From assembly GCA_028683785.1 (NCBI GenBank), contig JAQUHC010000001.1:1-52547 (forward strand): a stretch of DNA of 52,547 nucleotides. The letters run 5' to 3'. The DNA comes from Oscillospiraceae bacterium. Its GTDB lineage: Bacteria; Bacillota; Clostridia; Oscillospirales; Acutalibacteraceae. A program made the translations under genes and the position numbers. The notes beneath the pieces were generated by a model. That model was given only the letters and a program-made list of their open reading frames with translations, did not search any database and was not told the origin of the DNA. Below, piece after piece: positions 20,117 through 28,131 of this stretch (position 1 is its first letter; the number at the start of each line of letters is the position of its first letter).

Positions 20117-20617
20117 ATGCTTAAAGGCTTTGCTCCCATTGCATCGGATGATGCGCTTATATTAATACTCGGAACCATGCCGTCTGTAGCCTCTATACAA
20201 CACGGACAGTATTACGGTCACCCCAAGAATGCTTTCTGGCGAATTATTTTCGGCCTTTGGAACGAGGAACCCCCTCTTGAATACGAGCTGCGGGTGAAAT
20301 ACTTAAAGGAAAAGCGGATAGCCCTGTGGGATGTACTGAAAGGCTGTGAAAGGCAGGGGAGCGCAGACGCCTCGATCCGAAAGCCTCAGCCAAATGATTT
20401 TAATATATTGGCAGATAAATGCCCCAATTTGGAAGCGATTTTCTTCAATTCAAATAATGCGGCGGAATATTATAAAAGACTCGTAAAGCCGGATGTGTTT
20501 TATAACCTTAAAAAAACCGTCCTGCCCTCCACCAGCCCTGCTCGCGCTATGCTTTTTGAAAAAAAACAGGAGATGTGGATGCCGGTAAGGGAAGCGCTGG
20601 ATAGAATTTTAAATTGA
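20117..20617 (+). CDS. uracil-DNA glycosylase superfamily protein, DNA-deoxyinosine (hypoxanthine) glycosylase-like
   Basis: GFAPIASDDALILILGTMPSVASIQHGQYYGHPKNAFWRII matches the family-6 UDG N-terminal pattern as I recall it. Confidence 0.6.
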   Translation: MLKGFAPIASDDALILILGTMPSVASIQHGQYYGHPKNAFWRIIFGLWNEEPPLEYELRVKYLKEKRIALWDVLKGCERQGSADASIRKPQPNDFNILADKCPNLEAIFFNSNNAAEYYKRLVKPDVFYNLKKTVLPSTSPARAMLFEKKQEMWMPVREALDRILN

Positions 20618-20624
20618 TGTGAAA

Positions 20625-20671
20625 AGGTCTGTCAAAAAAGAGAAGTTACTCTTTTTTGACAGACCTTTTAT
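20625..20671 (+). terminator. rho-independent terminator
   Basis: An 18-bp stem, aggtctgtcaaaaaagag pairing with ctcttttttgacagacct, followed by TTTTAT. Confidence 0.85.
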
Positions 20672-20777
20672 GTACAGTAATCCACATACTATGCATGTGG
20701 TAACCGGATGCTTTATAATAATCGCACGGGAGGATATGGAATCCTCCCCTACGGTTTATGTTGTAACATAATTATTC

Positions 20778-20805
20778 TTGTATTATTTTTTGATTATGAT
20801 ATACT
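20778..20805 (+). promoter_or_regulatory. candidate sigma-A promoter upstream of corA
   Basis: TTGTAT, a 16-nt spacer, then TGaTATACT (extended -10). This would give a leader of about 140 nt. Confidence 0.4.
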
Positions 20806-20953
20806 GTTTACTGTGAAACAATCCATGATTAATTGTCAAAAGACGGAGGTGGATATGGTGAGCCCTGACCCTGCAGGTCGATTATGTCGGTATAAATCAA
20901 ATATCGGGACGCGCCGTATCCTCGGTTGACGCGCCCCGGAAAGGGGTGTGCAA

Positions 20954-21880
20954 ATGATCAAATATTACAAAACAATAGACGGCCGCATTTGCCGGTTGGA
21001 TGAGCTTGAGGATGGCTGCTGGATTGATGTAGTTAATCCGGATGAGCGTGAAGTAGATTTTCTTATCTCACGCTTTTCGCTAGAGCCCGACTTCCTCCGT
21101 GCATCTCTGGACGAGGAGGAATCGGCACGTATCGAAAGCGAGGACGGAAATACTCTGGTGATTTTCGATACTCCGGTTTCGGGGAAAAGTGATGTGGGGA
21201 TCACTTATTCGACCATGCCTATCGGGATTTTGGTTACCCCCGACCATGTTATTACCGTATCGTTGCGGGAGAATGCCATAATCAAAGAATTTACCGAAGG
21301 CGTTGTAAAAAATGTTCAAACCGGATTAAAAACACAATTTGTCCTCTTTATCATTCTGCGGGTCGCGACACGGTTTTTGCAATATCTAAAACAGATTGAT
21401 AAAATTTCTATTTTACTGGAGAAACAGCTTCGCAAATCCATGAAGAACAAGGAGCTTATTCAGCTTCTTGATTTACAAAAATCGCTTGTATACTTTTCAA
21501 CTTCGCTGAAATCGGATGAGACCACCCTCGAAAAAATGATGCGCGGCAGATATATAAAGCTGTATGAAGAGGATCAGGACCTTCTGGAGGATGTACTTAT
21601 CGAGATAAAGCAGGCTGTTGAAATGTCAAGCATATATCTAAACATTCTTTCAAACACCATGGATGCTTTTGCTTCGGTGATATCCAACAACCTTAACATC
21701 GTAATGAAGATATTGGCTTCAATTACAATTGTTATTTCCATACCGAATATTATTGCGGGCTTTTACGGAATGAATGTTAAAGGGTTGCCGTTTGCCCAGT
21801 TTTTCTGGTTCCCGGTCATATTATCGGTTGCTTTAATGGGGGTAGTTGGTTTTTTACTGCACAAAAAGGATATGCTGTGA
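20954..21880 (+). CDS. corA: CorA-family magnesium/cobalt transporter
   Basis: C-terminal two TM segments with the YGMN signature (AGFYGMNVKGLP). The GAAAGGGG RBS favours the ATG at 20954. The ORF track starts at GTG 20948. Confidence 0.9.
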   Translation: MIKYYKTIDGRICRLDELEDGCWIDVVNPDEREVDFLISRFSLEPDFLRASLDEEESARIESEDGNTLVIFDTPVSGKSDVGITYSTMPIGILVTPDHVITVSLRENAIIKEFTEGVVKNVQTGLKTQFVLFIILRVATRFLQYLKQIDKISILLEKQLRKSMKNKELIQLLDLQKSLVYFSTSLKSDETTLEKMMRGRYIKLYEEDQDLLEDVLIEIKQAVEMSSIYLNILSNTMDAFASVISNNLNIVMKILASITIVISIPNIIAGFYGMNVKGLPFAQFFWFPVILSVALMGVVGFLLHKKDML

Positions 21881-21889
21881 TAAATTTAT

Positions 21890-21917
21890 CCGTTCCCCCG
21901 CAGGGGGGACGGATTTT
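21890..21917 (+). terminator. rho-independent terminator of corA
   Basis: ccgttccccc pairs with ggggggacgg, followed by ATTTT. Confidence 0.75.
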
Positions 21918-21967
21918 ATGTAAGAGGACAATCTGAATTAATATATTATGAAGGGAATATAAAATAT

Positions 21968-22726
21968 ATGCCGTCTTTTAATCAGCAAGCCATGTATCAT
22001 ATTGCGCTTACCGAGGAGCAGGGAGCCGAATATGCGATAATAACCGGCGATCCCGGTCGGGTTGAAAGCATAGCCCGACTGCTTGATTCGCCCGAATTTG
22101 TGGCAAGCAATCGTGAATACACCACATGGGCGGGGAATATCGGCGGACGGCGTATTTTGGTTACTTCACACGGAATCGGCGGGCCTTCAACGGCGATATG
22201 CGTTGAAGAGTTGGCGCTTTGCGGGGTTAAAACAATAATACGCGTCGGAACCTGCGGCGGTATGTCTCAGTCGGTTTACGGCGGGGATCTGGTAATCGCA
22301 AATGCCGCCATCCGACAGGAGGGAACCTCCCTTGAATATCTTCCGATTGCATTTCCCGCCGTATCCGATTTTGATGTAACCTCCGCATTGGTTAAGTCTG
22401 CGGACGAGATGGGGGAAAGGTTTCATGTTGGGGTTGTGCATTGCAAGGATTCATTTTACGGACAGCACAAGCCGGAAGAGTCTCCCGTGTCATATCAGCT
22501 GCAAAATCGGTGGCAGGCGTGGATAAGAGGGGGTTGCCTTGCTTCTGAAATGGAATCTGCCGCACTGTATACCGTGGCTGCAGCCAAGGGGCTGAAAGCC
22601 GGATGCATACTGCATGTAGTATGGAATCATGAGCGGGAAGCCGCCGGTCATAAGAACAAACCGATACATGATACCACACACGCGGCAAAGGCAGCCGTCG
22701 GAGCAATAAGGCTTCTTATGAAATAA
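21968..22726 (+). CDS. udp: uridine phosphorylase
   Basis: Collinear with E. coli Udp: GDPGRVE, REYTTW, GIGGPSTAICVEEL, RVGTCGG and EMESAAL. Confidence 0.85.
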   Translation: MPSFNQQAMYHIALTEEQGAEYAIITGDPGRVESIARLLDSPEFVASNREYTTWAGNIGGRRILVTSHGIGGPSTAICVEELALCGVKTIIRVGTCGGMSQSVYGGDLVIANAAIRQEGTSLEYLPIAFPAVSDFDVTSALVKSADEMGERFHVGVVHCKDSFYGQHKPEESPVSYQLQNRWQAWIRGGCLASEMESAALYTVAAAKGLKAGCILHVVWNHEREAAGHKNKPIHDTTHAAKAAVGAIRLLMK

Positions 22727-22736
22727 ATTATATTAC

Positions 22737-22774
22737 AAAAGACATGGACGGGAATCCCCCGTCCATGTCTTTTG
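22737..22774. terminator. bidirectional rho-independent terminator shared by udp (+) and rubredoxin (-)
   Basis: gacatggacggg pairs with cccgtccatgtc, flanked by AAAA on the left and TTTT on the right. Confidence 0.8.
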
Positions 22775-22823
22775 TTCACAGGATTATTTGCTTTATTATT
22801 ATGCTGAATCAATCGAGCTCTTA

Positions 22824-22985
22824 CTACTCCGCCGGGTCAAACATATCCTTGCCGACACCGCAGACCGGGCATACAAAATCTTCCGGTAAATCCTCAAAAG
22901 CAACGCCGGGTGCAATCCCTTGTTCCTCAACCCCGACAGACGGATCGTATTCATAACCGCAGACAGAGCAAACATACTTTTTCAT
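22824..22985 (-). CDS. rubredoxin
   Basis: Hand translation of the minus strand gives [53 protein letters not shown]. It has two CxxCG knuckles. At 53 aa it is below the ORF-track cutoff. Confidence 0.9.
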   Translation of the reverse strand: MKKYVCSVCGYEYDPSVGVEEQGIAPGVAFEDLPEDFVCPVCGVGKDMFDPAE

Positions 22986-23081
22986 ACTTTTATTCATCCT
23001 TTACTATAAAATACAGTAATACTACTGTAATACTGTCAATTGTATCGCGCTTGCATAGAATGGGAGGAAGGAGGTATTGTT

Positions 23082-23762
23082 ATGAACAACCGGGACAGCA
23101 GCGCGATTATCACAATGCGGGAGACCAAGCGGGATTTTAACTATAACAAAATTACCGTTCTTTCGCTGAGTATCAGCCGACCGGAGGTGATGTTGGTCAA
23201 TAATCCGCAGGCACAATTACGCATCAACAGTCGTTATTATGCTCAGGCAAATTCATTCTATCGTATGACATCAACAACCTTGTACAGGCAGGCGGTTCAA
23301 TTTTACCATGAATCAGTAAAAAATGATTTTCCGTTTCGTCCATTTGACGCGGTGATGAATTATGATATCACATTTAATCAGGCCTGCTATTTGAGCAGTT
23401 ACTCCGACAGATATCAGTATACCGGAGGAGCTCACGGAAGTACCCTTAGGGCTTCGGACACATTCAGCCTTAAAACAGGGCGGCGTCTGCCGTTGTCTCA
23501 TTTCTTTCAGGCGGGATTTAATTATCGCGGTTTTTTGATAGGTCAGATAATAAAGCAGGCAGACAGAAATATGCAGAGCCAACCTATATACTTTGAAAAC
23601 TATCGTGAATTAATTGTTCAGCATTTTAATCCTGCAAGCTATTTCCTGTCCCCTGAAGGTATCAATATCTATTATCAGCAATATGAGATTGCACCGTATG
23701 CTTCGGGTATTATTGTGTTTACCGTCCCTTACGGCGGCGCGGTCAACAAGCCATCCTGTTGA
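23082..23762 (+). CDS. DUF3298/DUF4163 domain protein (PdaC/RsiV C-terminal-like)
   Basis: Strong GGAGGAAGGAGG RBS before the ATG at 23082. YSDRYQYTGGAHGS and YEIAPYASGI motifs are typical of DUF3298. Confidence 0.65.
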   Translation: MNNRDSSAIITMRETKRDFNYNKITVLSLSISRPEVMLVNNPQAQLRINSRYYAQANSFYRMTSTTLYRQAVQFYHESVKNDFPFRPFDAVMNYDITFNQACYLSSYSDRYQYTGGAHGSTLRASDTFSLKTGRRLPLSHFFQAGFNYRGFLIGQIIKQADRNMQSQPIYFENYRELIVQHFNPASYFLSPEGINIYYQQYEIAPYASGIIVFTVPYGGAVNKPSC

Positions 23763-23857
23763 TGCCGTAATACCAAATGCAAACCTTTGTTTACATAAAT
23801 CGGAAAATGGGTTATAATGCCGATAAAAGGAAAATGTTAAATATAGGGGGAAGTGCG

Positions 23858-25390
23858 GTGTTTGCACGCGTCAACAGCATGGGACTTATCGGAATAGACG
23901 GTTTTTTAATAGATGTCGAAGCCGACCTTTCACAGGGATTGCCGGGGTTTGATGTGGTAGGATTGCCCGGCGCAGCCGTGCGTGAATCGCGTGACCGTGT
24001 TCGTGCATCAATGAAAAACTGTGGTTTTACATACCCGGTAAGCCGTATCACGGTCAATCTTGCACCGGCTGATGTACGCAAGGAGGGCTCTGTATACGAC
24101 CTGCCGTTATTGCTCGCGCTTTTAAAGGCAAGCGGTCAACTTGAAATGCCGCTGGATGAATCCGCTTTTGTAGGTGAACTGTCGTTAGCGGGGGAGGTAC
24201 GCCCTATACGCGGCGTTCTGCCTATGGTTTTGGCTGCACGCGATTCGGGGATAAAGAGGGTCTTTGTACCGACAGATAACGCCGCCGAAGGTGCGGTGGT
24301 TGACGGTATTGATGTTATTCCGGTATCCTCGGTATCATCCCTGCTCGGGCATCTGTCCGGCGCTGCCGTCATCAGTCCGGCCGTCCCCGAGGATTTCCCA
24401 AATATTTTTATGTCATGCGGTATAACCAACGACTTTTCCGATATTTGCGGACAGGCTGTCGCACGTCGTGCACTTGAGGTTGCGGCTGCGGGTTCTCATA
24501 ATATTTTACTCATAGGTCCGCCCGGCTCGGGAAAAAGTATGCTAGCGCGGCGGCTGCCGTCAATACTTCCGGATATGACACAAGCAGAGGCACTGGAAGC
24601 CACAAAAATTCATTCTATTGCAGGTACGCTGCCCGGAGGGGCAGGTCTTCTTAAAAGCAGGCCATTCCGTTCACCTCATCACGGAGTTTCAGCAGCGGGG
24701 CTTACCGGCGGGGGTACCGTCCCGCGCCCCGGGGAGGCTTCTCTGGCACATCAAGGGGTGCTTTTTCTGGACGAGCTGCCCGAATTTTCTCGGGTGGCGA
24801 TGGAAGCGCTTCGTCAGCCTCTTGAGGATTCGCGCGTTACAATATCACGGGTCAGTGCTTCGCTTACCTATCCATGTTCATTTATGCTGGTGGCCGCCAT
24901 GAATCCGTGTCCGTGCGGGTATTTCGGTCATCCGACAAGGCAGTGTAAATGCTCTCCCGTTGCTCAGCAGTCGTATCTTGCGCGTATTTCCGGGCCTTTA
25001 CTTGACAGGATCGATTTACATATAGAGGTGCCTCCGGTTGAATATGAGCAGCTGTCATCCAAACAGCCGTCCGAAAGTTCGGCAGAAATCAGGGAGCGTG
25101 TGAATGCTGCACGATTGCGCCAGCTTGAACGCTTTAAAGGTACCGAGGTTTCATGCAATGCGCGTATTCATCCCGGAATGCTGCGTGAAACATGCGCAAT
25201 GACCGATTCGGCATCAAAAATGCTCCAAGGTGTATTTGATAGAATGGGGTTGTCGGCCAGAGCTTATGACCGACTTTTAAAGGTGGCACGCACCATAGCA
25301 GACCTTGACAGCGCGGATATTATTGATACACAACACTTAGCCGAGGCGGTGCAGTATCGCAGCCTTGACAGGAAATATTGGCGAAAATGA
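23858..25390 (+). CDS. comM: YifB/ComM family Mg-chelatase-like AAA+ ATPase
   Basis: VFARVNSMGLIGIDG N-terminus, Walker A GPPGSGKSM, LFLDELPEF and the zinc-like CPCGYFGHPTRQCKC. The start is GTG 23858 or ATG 23834. Confidence 0.9.
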   Translation: MFARVNSMGLIGIDGFLIDVEADLSQGLPGFDVVGLPGAAVRESRDRVRASMKNCGFTYPVSRITVNLAPADVRKEGSVYDLPLLLALLKASGQLEMPLDESAFVGELSLAGEVRPIRGVLPMVLAARDSGIKRVFVPTDNAAEGAVVDGIDVIPVSSVSSLLGHLSGAAVISPAVPEDFPNIFMSCGITNDFSDICGQAVARRALEVAAAGSHNILLIGPPGSGKSMLARRLPSILPDMTQAEALEATKIHSIAGTLPGGAGLLKSRPFRSPHHGVSAAGLTGGGTVPRPGEASLAHQGVLFLDELPEFSRVAMEALRQPLEDSRVTISRVSASLTYPCSFMLVAAMNPCPCGYFGHPTRQCKCSPVAQQSYLARISGPLLDRIDLHIEVPPVEYEQLSSKQPSESSAEIRERVNAARLRQLERFKGTEVSCNARIHPGMLRETCAMTDSASKMLQGVFDRMGLSARAYDRLLKVARTIADLDSADIIDTQHLAEAVQYRSLDRKYWRK

Positions 25391-25397
25391 TAATATA

Positions 25398-27215
25398 TTA
25401 ATCATCACTCAGCTTAAGAACCGCCATAAACGCCTCCTGCGGCACCTCAACGCTGCCCAGCTGGCGCATACGCTTTTTGCCTTCTTTTTGCTTTTCAAGC
25501 AGCTTCTTTTTTCGGGTGATATCGCCGCCGTAACATTTAGCAAGCACATCCTTGCGTAAAGCGCGTACCGTCTCTCTGGCGATTATTTTGCCCCCGATGG
25601 CGGCTTGAATCGGCACTTCAAACATCTGCCGTGGAATATTATCTTTTAACCGCTCACAAATTTTGCGGCCACGAGCATATGAGTTGCCCTCAAAAACAAT
25701 AAAGCTCAGGGCATCCACGATTTCACCGTTCAAAAGAATATCCAGCTTGACAAGATTGGATTTTACATAACCCTTTAGCTCATAATCAAAGCTGGCATAT
25801 CCCTTGGTGCGGGATTTCAGAGCATCAAAGAAGTCGTATATAATTTCATTAAGCGGAAGCTCATAATGTATATCAACCCTGGTCGTGTCGAGATATTTCA
25901 TGTCAATAAATACTCCACGCCGCTGTTGGCATAACTCCATAATATTACCCACATATTCATTCGGTGAGTATATATGGGCATCCGTGACCGGTTCCTCGGC
26001 AGAGGTTATCTGCCCGGGGTCGGGATAATTGGTTGGGTTATCTATTTCAATCACCGAGCCGTCGTTGAGGGTGATACGATAGATTACACTGGGGGCGGTG
26101 GTGATAATATCAAGGTTATATTCACGCTCCAATCGCTCCTGCACGATTTCCATGTGAAGCAGCCCCAAAAAGCCGCAACGAAATCCGAATCCCAGCGCGA
26201 CCGAGGTTTCGGGTTGGTAGCTTAAAGCAGCATCATTAAGCTGAAGCCGTTCAAGTGCTTCTCGCAGGTCCTGATAATGAGCGCCGTCGGCAGGGAAGAT
26301 GCCGCAATAAACCATCGGGTTTACCTTTTTGTATCCCGGCAGGGGCTGGGCTGCCGGGCGGTTTGCCAAGGTAATGGTATCTCCCACGCGTGCATCACCC
26401 ACTGCCCTGATTGAAGCGACAATATATCCGACTTCACCCGCATGCAATGATTCACACGGCTCCAGCCTTCCAGGGCGCATTATGCCGGCTTCCACCACCT
26501 CAAATTCTGCTCCGGTAGCCATCATTTTTATGGTATCGCCGAAATGAACAACGCCCGAAACCACACGAAAGTACACGATAACACCGCGATAGCTGTCATA
26601 ATAGCTGTCAAAAATCAATGCCTGAAGGGGTTGGTCATCATCCCCCTTGGGCGGAGGAATGAGGTTGATTATCGTCTCAAGCACCGCTTCAATATTGATA
26701 CCCTGCTTGGCCGAAATGGCAGGGGCATCAGAGGCATCGATACCGATAATATCTTCAATTTCACGGCGCACCTCATCCGGGCGGGCGGAGGGCAGGTCAA
26801 TTTTGTTAATGACCGGAACAATTTCAAGCCCGTGATCGACAGCAAGATAGGTATTGGCAAGGGTTTGCGCCTCAATTCCCTGAGAGGCATCTACTATAAG
26901 AATAGCGCCCTCGCAGGCGGCAAGTGAGCGTGACACCTCATAATTAAAATCAACATGGCCGGGGGTGTCAATAAGATTAAATGTATAGGTTTTCCCGTCT
27001 TTGGCATCATAATTAAGGGTAACGGCATGAGCTTTTATGGTTATGCCGCGCTCACGCTCAAGATCCATGCTGTCAAGCAGCTGTTCCTCCATATCGCGTT
27101 GGGCAACCGCCTGTGTTTTTTCCAAAATACGGTCAGCAAGTGTGGATTTGCCGTGGTCTATATGTGCAATTATGCAAAAATTACGGATTTGGTCGCGGGA
27201 TGTCAAAAATAACAC
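25398..27215 (-). CDS. lepA: elongation factor 4 (translational GTPase LepA)
   Basis: [24 protein letters not shown] and NKID G-motifs, plus the conserved LepA C-terminal domain. A TTG at 27206 after GAGGTG is an alternative start. Confidence 0.97.
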   Translation of the reverse strand: MLFLTSRDQIRNFCIIAHIDHGKSTLADRILEKTQAVAQRDMEEQLLDSMDLERERGITIKAHAVTLNYDAKDGKTYTFNLIDTPGHVDFNYEVSRSLAACEGAILIVDASQGIEAQTLANTYLAVDHGLEIVPVINKIDLPSARPDEVRREIEDIIGIDASDAPAISAKQGINIEAVLETIINLIPPPKGDDDQPLQALIFDSYYDSYRGVIVYFRVVSGVVHFGDTIKMMATGAEFEVVEAGIMRPGRLEPCESLHAGEVGYIVASIRAVGDARVGDTITLANRPAAQPLPGYKKVNPMVYCGIFPADGAHYQDLREALERLQLNDAALSYQPETSVALGFGFRCGFLGLLHMEIVQERLEREYNLDIITTAPSVIYRITLNDGSVIEIDNPTNYPDPGQITSAEEPVTDAHIYSPNEYVGNIMELCQQRRGVFIDMKYLDTTRVDIHYELPLNEIIYDFFDALKSRTKGYASFDYELKGYVKSNLVKLDILLNGEIVDALSFIVFEGNSYARGRKICERLKDNIPRQMFEVPIQAAIGGKIIARETVRALRKDVLAKCYGGDITRKKKLLEKQKEGKKRMRQLGSVEVPQEAFMAVLKLSDD

Positions 27216-27242
27216 CTCATTGTTTTATTTGTTTTTCAATTC

Positions 27243-27271
27243 AGTATAACAAAATATATTTTAAAATACAA
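27243..27271 (-). promoter_or_regulatory. candidate sigma-A promoter for lepA
   Basis: The minus strand reads TTGTAT, a 17-nt spacer, then TATACT. Confidence 0.45.
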
Positions 27272-27280
27272 TATTTTGTA

Positions 27281-27324
27281 TTTTAAAAAAGGGTGCTGAA
27301 AATGAATTCCATCATTTTCAGCAC
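27281..27324 (-). terminator. rho-independent terminator (minus strand) ending the HPr-like gene transcript
   Basis: A 13-bp stem, gtgctgaaaatga pairing with tcattttcagcac. On the minus strand it is followed by CCCTTTTTTAAAA. Confidence 0.7.
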
Positions 27325-27375
27325 ATATTTGTAATGCTTATTTGTAGACGAGAAAGGCAGACGGAGTTTTGCTGA

Positions 27376-27572
27376 TACTAATTTATACTAAATCCAACTA
27401 TAACTATTCCATAATTATCGCTCATGGCGCGTTCTTCCTATACTAATTTAAATTAGTATTAGGAACGCATCGCTCTATTCTGGAATGTTTTAGAATGGAT
27501 TTAGTATTAATTATAAACATGGATAATATCCAAGTTTATTATGATATTTTTATATATTATTTTTAATTAGTA
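27376..27572 (-). mobile_element. AT-rich hairpin repeat, copy C (reverse orientation, 15-bp internal deletion), split by a nested 121-bp insertion
   Basis: Segments 27376-27385 and 27510-27572, when joined, align end-to-end with the reverse complement of copy B. The right end overlaps the stop codon of the HPr-like gene. Confidence 0.75.
27386..27506. mobile_element. 121-bp palindromic element nested inside copy C, flanked by a TTA/TTA duplication
   Basis: Perfect 11-bp terminal inverted repeats, TACTAAATCCA and TGGATTTAGTA. The arms show imperfect complementarity throughout. The centre is a perfect 20-bp palindrome, ATACTAATTTAAATTAGTAT (27440-27459). TTA lies at 27383-27385 and 27507-27509. 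Confidence 0.7.
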
Positions 27573-27841
27573 TCAGAATCGGTTCCGTAAAGGTTTAGGC
27601 GGAAAAGCCTGCTTTCATCTTCGGGGTCGCTGCAGACGACGGTTGCTTCGCCGACATTGCCCCAGTCAACCGTACTTGACAGCGCAAGGAGTTGGGTAAG
27701 CCTGCTCTTGAGATTGAGGACGTCCCCCTCGGATGTTTTAAGTAACACTTCGCCTTTTGCGGTGGATGCAAATTCGATCAGCTTGTTGAATTCGAAATTG
27801 TGAATGGTAAAACCGGCCATATAAATCGCTCCTTTCAACAT
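27563..27841 (-). CDS. divergent HPr-like (PTS phosphocarrier fold) small protein
   Basis: TIHNFEFNKLIEFAS aligns with the HPr block GIHARPATMLVQTAS, VLNLKS with the Ser46 region KVNLKS, and GEATVVCSDPEDE with G.E.T....G.DE. An ATG at 27820 has the better RBS (AAAGGAG) but would remove strand 1. Confidence 0.45.
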   Translation of the reverse strand: MLKGAIYMAGFTIHNFEFNKLIEFASTAKGEVLLKTSEGDVLNLKSRLTQLLALSSTVDWGNVGEATVVCSDPEDESRLFRLNLYGTDSDTN

Positions 27842-28038
27842 GAGGCTTATAACTCAAAATTAAGCCTGATATAATTATACTGAATATTTTGGTTTTATTC
27901 AACCCACAAATTGCTGAATATATAATTATTTGAGCTAAATTGAATGACATATTACACAATCTATGATTTATATCGTTAAAATATGTTATATGAATATTTT
28001 GTTTGCAAAAGGTTTAACAAAAGGTTCACAAATTGATA

Positions 28039-28067
28039 TTGACATGGGTGCGTGGTAATGGTAAATT
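28039..28067 (+). promoter_or_regulatory. sigma-A promoter of the hrcA-grpE-dnaK-dnaJ operon
   Basis: TTGACA (28039-28044), a 17-nt spacer, then TGgTAAATT (extended -10). It lies immediately upstream of CIRCE. Confidence 0.55.
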
Positions 28068-28075
28068 ATATATAG

Positions 28076-28102
28076 TTAGCACTCGGCAAGCCGGAGTGCT
28101 AA
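28076..28102 (+). promoter_or_regulatory. CIRCE operator (HrcA binding site)
   Basis: A perfect TTAGCACTC-N9-GAGTGCTAA inverted repeat. Confidence 0.95.
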
Positions 28103-28131
28103 CTGCAAATAATATGAAAGGATGTGGAGGT

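Noticed and set aside
20708-20929. 73-aa plus-strand ORF in the corA upstream region
   Set aside because: It has no RBS and spans a hairpin, the candidate promoter and the leader. The sequence is not protein-like. I treat it as non-coding leader.
20806-20953. M-box riboswitch upstream of corA
   Set aside because: The leader is shorter than an M-box and lacks the conserved GUUAGGUGAGGC-type core. I kept it only as a generic structured leader in the findings.
22744-22956. 70-aa plus-strand ORF from the track
   Set aside because: It is antisense to the unmistakable rubredoxin gene.
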